Assembly (NCBI GenBank): GCA_049320885.1
Contig: JBMORA010000012.1
Location: forward strand, 1-64,000
Direction of reading: 5' to 3'
Origin: Thermodesulfobacteriota bacterium
Lineage (GTDB): Bacteria; Desulfobacterota; Desulfobacteria; Desulfobacterales; SURF-7
Length of the DNA: 64,000 nucleotides
The translations under genes were made by a program, and so were the position numbers. Shown here one piece after another: positions 59,197 through 64,000 of the stretch. The notes beneath the pieces are model-generated. The model was not told the origin of the DNA, made no database searches, and saw only the letters and a program-made list of their open reading frames with translations. Within the stretch, counting starts at the first letter, position 1; each line of letters starts with the position of its first letter.

Positions 59197-62100
59197 GTGG
59201 ATATGCATTCCATGGGACGAAGAACCTTTCTGAAGGGTGCGGGGTATGGAGCTGCCCTGCTTGCGGGACAAACCGTCGGAAATCCTGTGAAAAAAGCCAA
59301 GGCGGCCTGCCTGGCGCGACCAAGAGGCACCGGCATGTATTCAACCGGCCCGGCGCCGGAAATCGACGCCGCCGGCTTTGATTTTTATACGCACCATAAA
59401 TCGAAACTCGTGGCGGCCGTCGCGGATCCGGAGATGCGCAGGGCGGTGTTTGACGTTTCCGTAAATCCGATATCACCATCCCGGGAACCCCTGACGTTTT
59501 CCGTTGTTCCGGAAACACCGATGGACGGATGGAGCCTCGATCTGTCAACGGCTTCCCTCGTTCTTGGAAAAGAAGGGAAAACGATTCAATGCCGTGTTAC
59601 CGCGCCAGCGGAAATTCCTGAACAAAAAACCATCCGCTTCAAGGTGATCGGCAGACGCGGCGCTGAAACCCAGGAAATCAAATTGAAGGTAACGGTGTTG
59701 ACCGCCATGCCGAAGCTGGAACCCGGGCTTTCCGATACCGGGGTGCGGGAGCAACTGGTGAAAGTCACCGCCGGAGAACCGGTCGCTTTCCGGCTGTCCC
59801 TTGCCAATTCAGGACATGCCGAAGACCGGTTTGATCTGCATGTCAAGGGGCCGGCCGGCTGGCGCATCAGAATCCTGGATTCCCGGGGACGCGAGATCCG
59901 GCATCTGGATGTCCAACCGATGGGCGGGATGTTTCAATGGGAATACCCGGAAGAATTCCGTCTTGAAATCATCCCGCCGCAAGGCGCTCCCAGGAAAAGA
60001 ATGGAGGCCTTTACCGTTCAGGCACTTGCCCGGGCCACCGGAATGACGGATTTCCTGACGGTGCGGGTTTTTCATTCCGAATCCCTGTTTTCCATCCATG
60101 ATCTTGATGGATTCGATCCTCACAGCCATTACCTCCGGCCCGGCGCCATGACCAGTTACATTCTGCATGTGACCAACCCTTCCGACAAACCGGAACCATT
60201 CCGGTTTACGGTAACAGCCTTGCCGGCCGGCTGGAAAACCAATTTCAACCAGCAGACCATCACCGTGGGCGGCGGCGGCCATGACACCTTGATGCTGCGC
60301 CTGGAGTCGCCCCATACGGCCAAAGCCGGCGACTGCTGCATCATCGAGGTCGTTGCTGAAAACGCCTCCGGAGAGCGGGCCGGGCGCGTCCGGCTGCGAG
60401 CCGAGGTCTACCTGATTCCGAAAATCTATTTTCTAGTAATCGATTCGTTGGATTATGCCTATCTGGAGCTGAACCGCGACGGCGAGGGACCGGGGAAGGA
60501 GGGCGACTGGCTGTGTCCCGCCATCCGGCGATTCATGAAGAAAGGAACCTCCTTCTCGAACGCCCGTTGCGGAATGCCGGCCGCGACGGACATGAATCAC
60601 ACCACCATCATGTCCGGGGCCGTCACCGGCACCCTGGGGGCTTACTGGGTCTCCGGCTATTACGCCGGACTGGATGATGTGGGCGATATCCGGATCGTCC
60701 GTCCGTCCCCGGAGGTCCTGCGCCACGGAAAGGACGGGAAAAAACTGAAGCGGATTTTCGACCTGGTGAAGGAGCGCTATCCGGAAGCCCGCTCCGCGGT
60801 GATCAGCAACAAACCCTGGGTCAGCCACCTGCACGAGGACGGCGAAGCAGTGGCGTTGGGGGTGACGGGATCACGTTTTCCGGTGTACGGTTCGCCGCCG
60901 CCGCCGTATGTTCTCGGCGATCCACCCACGGATGACGATTCTTCGGACCGCCGCCCCATCAAGCCGCCGGATCTGATTGTGAACGGCAATCCGATCGAAC
61001 TCCTTCCCCAGGTGCTCAGCGGCGATTTTCATCTGTTGAGGGCTGTGATCCAGGATATCGGTGAGTACCTCGGCGCCAAACCCGGCGCATTTCCGGATGA
61101 CCGTTGGATTGCCGACACGGCGCGTGCGATGATCCGGGAGGAGGATCCGGAGGTGTTGTATGTCAACCTGGCGGCCACGGACGAGGCCGGGCACGTTTTC
61201 GGGGCCGCCTGGGACCCGGAAGAATGGCGCAGGTCCAAGGGGTTACTGTATGGCGAACACTGGGTCAGCCGGTATTCGGAGCAGGCCAGGAGGGGGGAAA
61301 TCCTGGATGTTGTCCGGGAGGCGGACCGCCGCTTCGGCGACATCGTTCAGGAGATCGAGGACAGGGGCATGACGGAACATTCCCTGATCGTTTTCGCGGC
61401 CGATCACAGCATGATCACCGAAGGATACTGCCAGCAGGGATTTGCTCCCCTGGATATCAAGGAATATCTGCGCTCCCGGGGCATCATTTCTCCCCGTCAT
61501 TACGGCACCGCCTGGGCCCTGAATCACTGGGCGGCGATCTTCGATGTCCGGGATGACGCCACGCGGCAGGTCATCGCCGATCAATTGAGATCCATGGCGG
61601 TGGATGATCCGTTGTCGGGGAATGGGTTCCATCCCTGTATTGTCCTGGATGAAGAAGGCCTGCGGAGCGGCAAGGACCGGACCAACCCGTTCATACCGGA
61701 AGCCGAACAACGCATCACCGAGCCGGATGAACTGTATTCCGAATATTATAAGATGGTTGCCTCCGACGGGATCCGCTGGCCGGAAATCGCCGTGTTTTTT
61801 CGCGGACATTATCAGGCCACGACGCCAGGGGACGCCATGATCCGGGGTGTCAACGGCATGGGGGAACGGGTGCCGGTCCTGGCCAAATCCGGCAACCGTC
61901 TGGTGGGCATTCACGGTTCCGCCATGACCACCCACGTGCCGATGGTTTTCTCCGGACCGGGGGTGATTGCCGGAAAGGAGATCCCGGATCCGGCGCGGCT
62001 GCACGACATCCTGCCCACCCTCTGCCATCTTTTGGGATTCGAGATCCCGGAAACAGCGGCTGGAGTCATCCGGCGGGAAATTCTGACGGCGGGGCGGTAA
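59197..62100 (+). CDS. Tat-exported alkaline-phosphatase-superfamily (NPP-type) enzyme with N-terminal Ig-like repeats
   Basis: GRRTFLK twin-arginine; three beta-sandwich units with P.GW; IDSLD, PAATDMNH, DEAGHVFG, ADHS, GIHGS. Confidence 0.8.
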   Translation: MDMHSMGRRTFLKGAGYGAALLAGQTVGNPVKKAKAACLARPRGTGMYSTGPAPEIDAAGFDFYTHHKSKLVAAVADPEMRRAVFDVSVNPISPSREPLTFSVVPETPMDGWSLDLSTASLVLGKEGKTIQCRVTAPAEIPEQKTIRFKVIGRRGAETQEIKLKVTVLTAMPKLEPGLSDTGVREQLVKVTAGEPVAFRLSLANSGHAEDRFDLHVKGPAGWRIRILDSRGREIRHLDVQPMGGMFQWEYPEEFRLEIIPPQGAPRKRMEAFTVQALARATGMTDFLTVRVFHSESLFSIHDLDGFDPHSHYLRPGAMTSYILHVTNPSDKPEPFRFTVTALPAGWKTNFNQQTITVGGGGHDTLMLRLESPHTAKAGDCCIIEVVAENASGERAGRVRLRAEVYLIPKIYFLVIDSLDYAYLELNRDGEGPGKEGDWLCPAIRRFMKKGTSFSNARCGMPAATDMNHTTIMSGAVTGTLGAYWVSGYYAGLDDVGDIRIVRPSPEVLRHGKDGKKLKRIFDLVKERYPEARSAVISNKPWVSHLHEDGEAVALGVTGSRFPVYGSPPPPYVLGDPPTDDDSSDRRPIKPPDLIVNGNPIELLPQVLSGDFHLLRAVIQDIGEYLGAKPGAFPDDRWIADTARAMIREEDPEVLYVNLAATDEAGHVFGAAWDPEEWRRSKGLLYGEHWVSRYSEQARRGEILDVVREADRRFGDIVQEIEDRGMTEHSLIVFAADHSMITEGYCQQGFAPLDIKEYLRSRGIISPRHYGTAWALNHWAAIFDVRDDATRQVIADQLRSMAVDDPLSGNGFHPCIVLDEEGLRSGKDRTNPFIPEAEQRITEPDELYSEYYKMVASDGIRWPEIAVFFRGHYQATTPGDAMIRGVNGMGERVPVLAKSGNRLVGIHGSAMTTHVPMVFSGPGVIAGKEIPDPARLHDILPTLCHLLGFEIPETAAGVIRREILTAGR

Positions 62101-62752
62101 CTTCCTTGGGAGACTTTCCGGTCTTAGCCTGCTTTTGTTTCCGGATCTCGTCCAATTCCGGGTACAGGCGTTTCAGGCAATCCGGACAGATGCCGTGTGA
62201 AAAATTGGCCTCGGAATGGGAGCGGATGTACGATTCGATGTGGTGCCAGGAGCCTTTTTCGTCCCGGATTTTTTTACAGTTGGCGCAGATCGGCAGAAGG
62301 CCGCTGAGTCGTTTGACCTCAAGCAGGGCTTTCTCCAGTTTGGCGATGAGGATTTCCTTTTCCTTGGCGGCTCGATGCTTGATCAGCGTAATTTCGATGG
62401 TGGATCGCAATTCCGCGGTATTGTATGGCTTGACCACATACCCGAAGGGCCTGGTTTGGATGGCCCGGTCCAGGATATGCTGGTCGCTCAGGCAGGAAAG
62501 AAAGATGATGGGCACGTCCATCCGGCGGTTGATCTGTTCAGCCGCTTCGATTCCGTTCATCTCGCCCTCCAGCAGGATATCCATGAGCACCAGATCCGGA
62601 TGATGTGAGAGCGCGCTGGCGATGGCCTTCGGACCGGTCTTTGCGATGTCGCATACTTTGTGGCCAAAGGATTCCAGGCGGGCTTCCAGAACCGCGGCCA
62701 CATTGGTATCGTCTTCAACCACCAGAATTGTTGTTGCATGAGCCATGTCCAT
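62066..62752 (-). CDS. Response regulator with C-terminal Cys/His motif
   Basis: ILVVEDD, DLVLMDI, YVVKPY; GLLPICANCKKIRD...SHGICPDC. Confidence 0.9.
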   Translation of the reverse strand: MDMAHATTILVVEDDTNVAAVLEARLESFGHKVCDIAKTGPKAIASALSHHPDLVLMDILLEGEMNGIEAAEQINRRMDVPIIFLSCLSDQHILDRAIQTRPFGYVVKPYNTAELRSTIEITLIKHRAAKEKEILIAKLEKALLEVKRLSGLLPICANCKKIRDEKGSWHHIESYIRSHSEANFSHGICPDCLKRLYPELDEIRKQKQAKTGKSPKEVTAPPSEFPAG

Positions 62753-63251
62753 TTCCCCGCAATTGGTTGACCGGTTGCATTTTTGTTCTTCCGGTTGCAT
62801 TTTCGTACTCAACAATTCATTCCCTCCGCTTGTAACGGCACGGTATCGAGAGTCCTCCGGACCGGTCTGCACAATTCTGTAACATTCAAAAATAATTGTA
62901 TTATCAGTATAATCCGCCAGAGGCGCCAGCCGCCGGCAAGGGCGCTGGACGCTTCCTTCCTCCGGTTGTTTCCACCATCCTGTCAGTGAATAAAGCAAAT
63001 CGCTTGCCACTGTATCGGCCATCCTTTTCATGGCCTCGGGCATTGTGCATGCGCCGGTCAATTTTCCATCCGGATCCGTCGACGTCTTCCCCCTATCCGC
63101 CGGATGGGTGGTAAAATATAACAAAAATGTTAAAAATATATATATAGCAAACAAATATGAAATAAAAATTGGATGGATGTAAATGGTCGATGGCTGCATA
63201 ACTAACTATAAAAATAATAAAATAAACTAATAATATCGATAAGTGACACCA

Positions 63252-63267
63252 TGGCACAGTGAGTGCA
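63252..63267 (+). promoter_or_regulatory. sigma54-type promoter
   Basis: TGGCAC-AGTGA-GTGCA with correct GG/GC spacing, downstream of an AT-rich tract. Confidence 0.65.
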
Positions 63268-63323
63268 GAAGCCATGGAAAGATCGGAGAAGTTTGGGTAA
63301 CGGATTATTTCAGGAGGAGATGG

Positions 63324-64000
63324 ATGAAACAGTTTCTTTTGATTCTTGCCGCCGTTGCTGCGGCGATTGGATTCCGTATTGCAAACACCTTCGCCGCCGA
63401 TGCAACCGCGGCGGCGGAGGTAAATTCCGCTTATGTATGGCGCGGACTGACTTTTAATGATGGATTGGTGGTGCAACCATCGGTGGGGGTTGCCCAGGGA
63501 GGATTCGGGGTGAATGTTTGGGGAAACCTGGACGTTGACGACTTTGACGGCGCCCTGGAAACCGGAGAATTTTCCGAAATCGACTTGACCCTTTCTTATG
63601 GCTTCAAGATCAAATCCGTTTCCATCAATCTGGGATACATCGAATATTTGTTTCCGTACCGGGAAACCTCCGCAACAGTGGCCGGCACCCGGGAGCTCTA
63701 CGCCGGTCTCGGGATCGAACCCATCGATGGGTTGACGACGGGGCTGACCGGTTATTGGGATTTCGACGAGGTGCGGGGATATTATCTGAACCTGAATATC
63801 GGCTACAGTCGTGAGCTTGTGGAGAAACTGACCGCCGCTGTGGGCGCATCCGCCGGATATGCGGCGGAAAATTTCGCCATGGCCTACGGCGGTACAGAAA
63901 GCGGTCTTTATGATTACAACTTTTCCCTGGTATGCACCTACGCCGTATTGGAATCCCTTTCCATCAGCGCTAAGATCGCTTACACAAATATGTTCGACAC
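63324..64000 (+). CDS. TorF/Gcw_chp-like outer-membrane porin (runs off window edge)
   Basis: Manual translation MKQFLLILAAVAAA...NSAYVWRG....VVQPS...EIDLTLSY...GYIEYLFP; AGGAGG RBS. Confidence 0.8.
   Translation, partial: MKQFLLILAAVAAAIGFRIANTFAADATAAAEVNSAYVWRGLTFNDGLVVQPSVGVAQGGFGVNVWGNLDVDDFDGALETGEFSEIDLTLSYGFKIKSVSINLGYIEYLFPYRETSATVAGTRELYAGLGIEPIDGLTTGLTGYWDFDEVRGYYLNLNIGYSRELVEKLTAAVGASAGYAAENFAMAYGGTESGLYDYNFSLVCTYAVLESLSISAKIAYTNMFD

Noticed and set aside
62753..63199. 149-aa N-terminal extension of the response regulator in the ORF track
   Set aside because: It crosses AT-rich intergenic DNA and is not domain-like; the receiver domain starts at about 62752
2364..64000. Selenoprotein UGA read-through suggested by selC
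   Set aside because: The TGA-ending genes I checked look full-length; no CxxU-type continuation or SECIS noticed, though the check was not exhaustive
1..64000. CRISPR arrays, rRNA, transposases, integrases or phage structural genes
   Set aside because: None recognised in the window

Overview
A mostly core-genome window (roughly 60% GC by eye) whose gene order and gene families point to a Desulfobacterales-like deltaproteobacterium (inference). Housekeeping genes include larC-pgpA-thpR-recA-alaS, cobQ/cbiB, der-rarA-fba, flgM, mazG/cvpA, phoH-7TM-HD-ybeY-pdxJ-nnr-tsaE-lysC, an Mla operon, cinA, pilD, lon-tsaB-psd, leuB-greA-rpoZ-ttcA-folE2 and dacB/dtd. The left end (1-2363) is an AT-rich accessory region abutting the 3' end of tRNA-Sec. 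It holds the head of an integron cassette array: a canonical attC at 290-354 and an attI-like entry site at about 858-894, with a HEPN-motif protein as the first cassette. No intI lies next to it; instead there are two copies of a 20-bp palindrome, an exact IHF site, a double zinc-ribbon gene and an IHF gene. Other notable items: MlaF fused to a degenerate GGDEF-like domain in an operon lacking mlaB, a stand-alone FlgE paralog behind a sigma28-type promoter, and a TetR / beta-barrel / triple-repeat lipoprotein unit divergent from a large Tat-exported phosphodiesterase. All calls come from reading the sequence; no searches were run.
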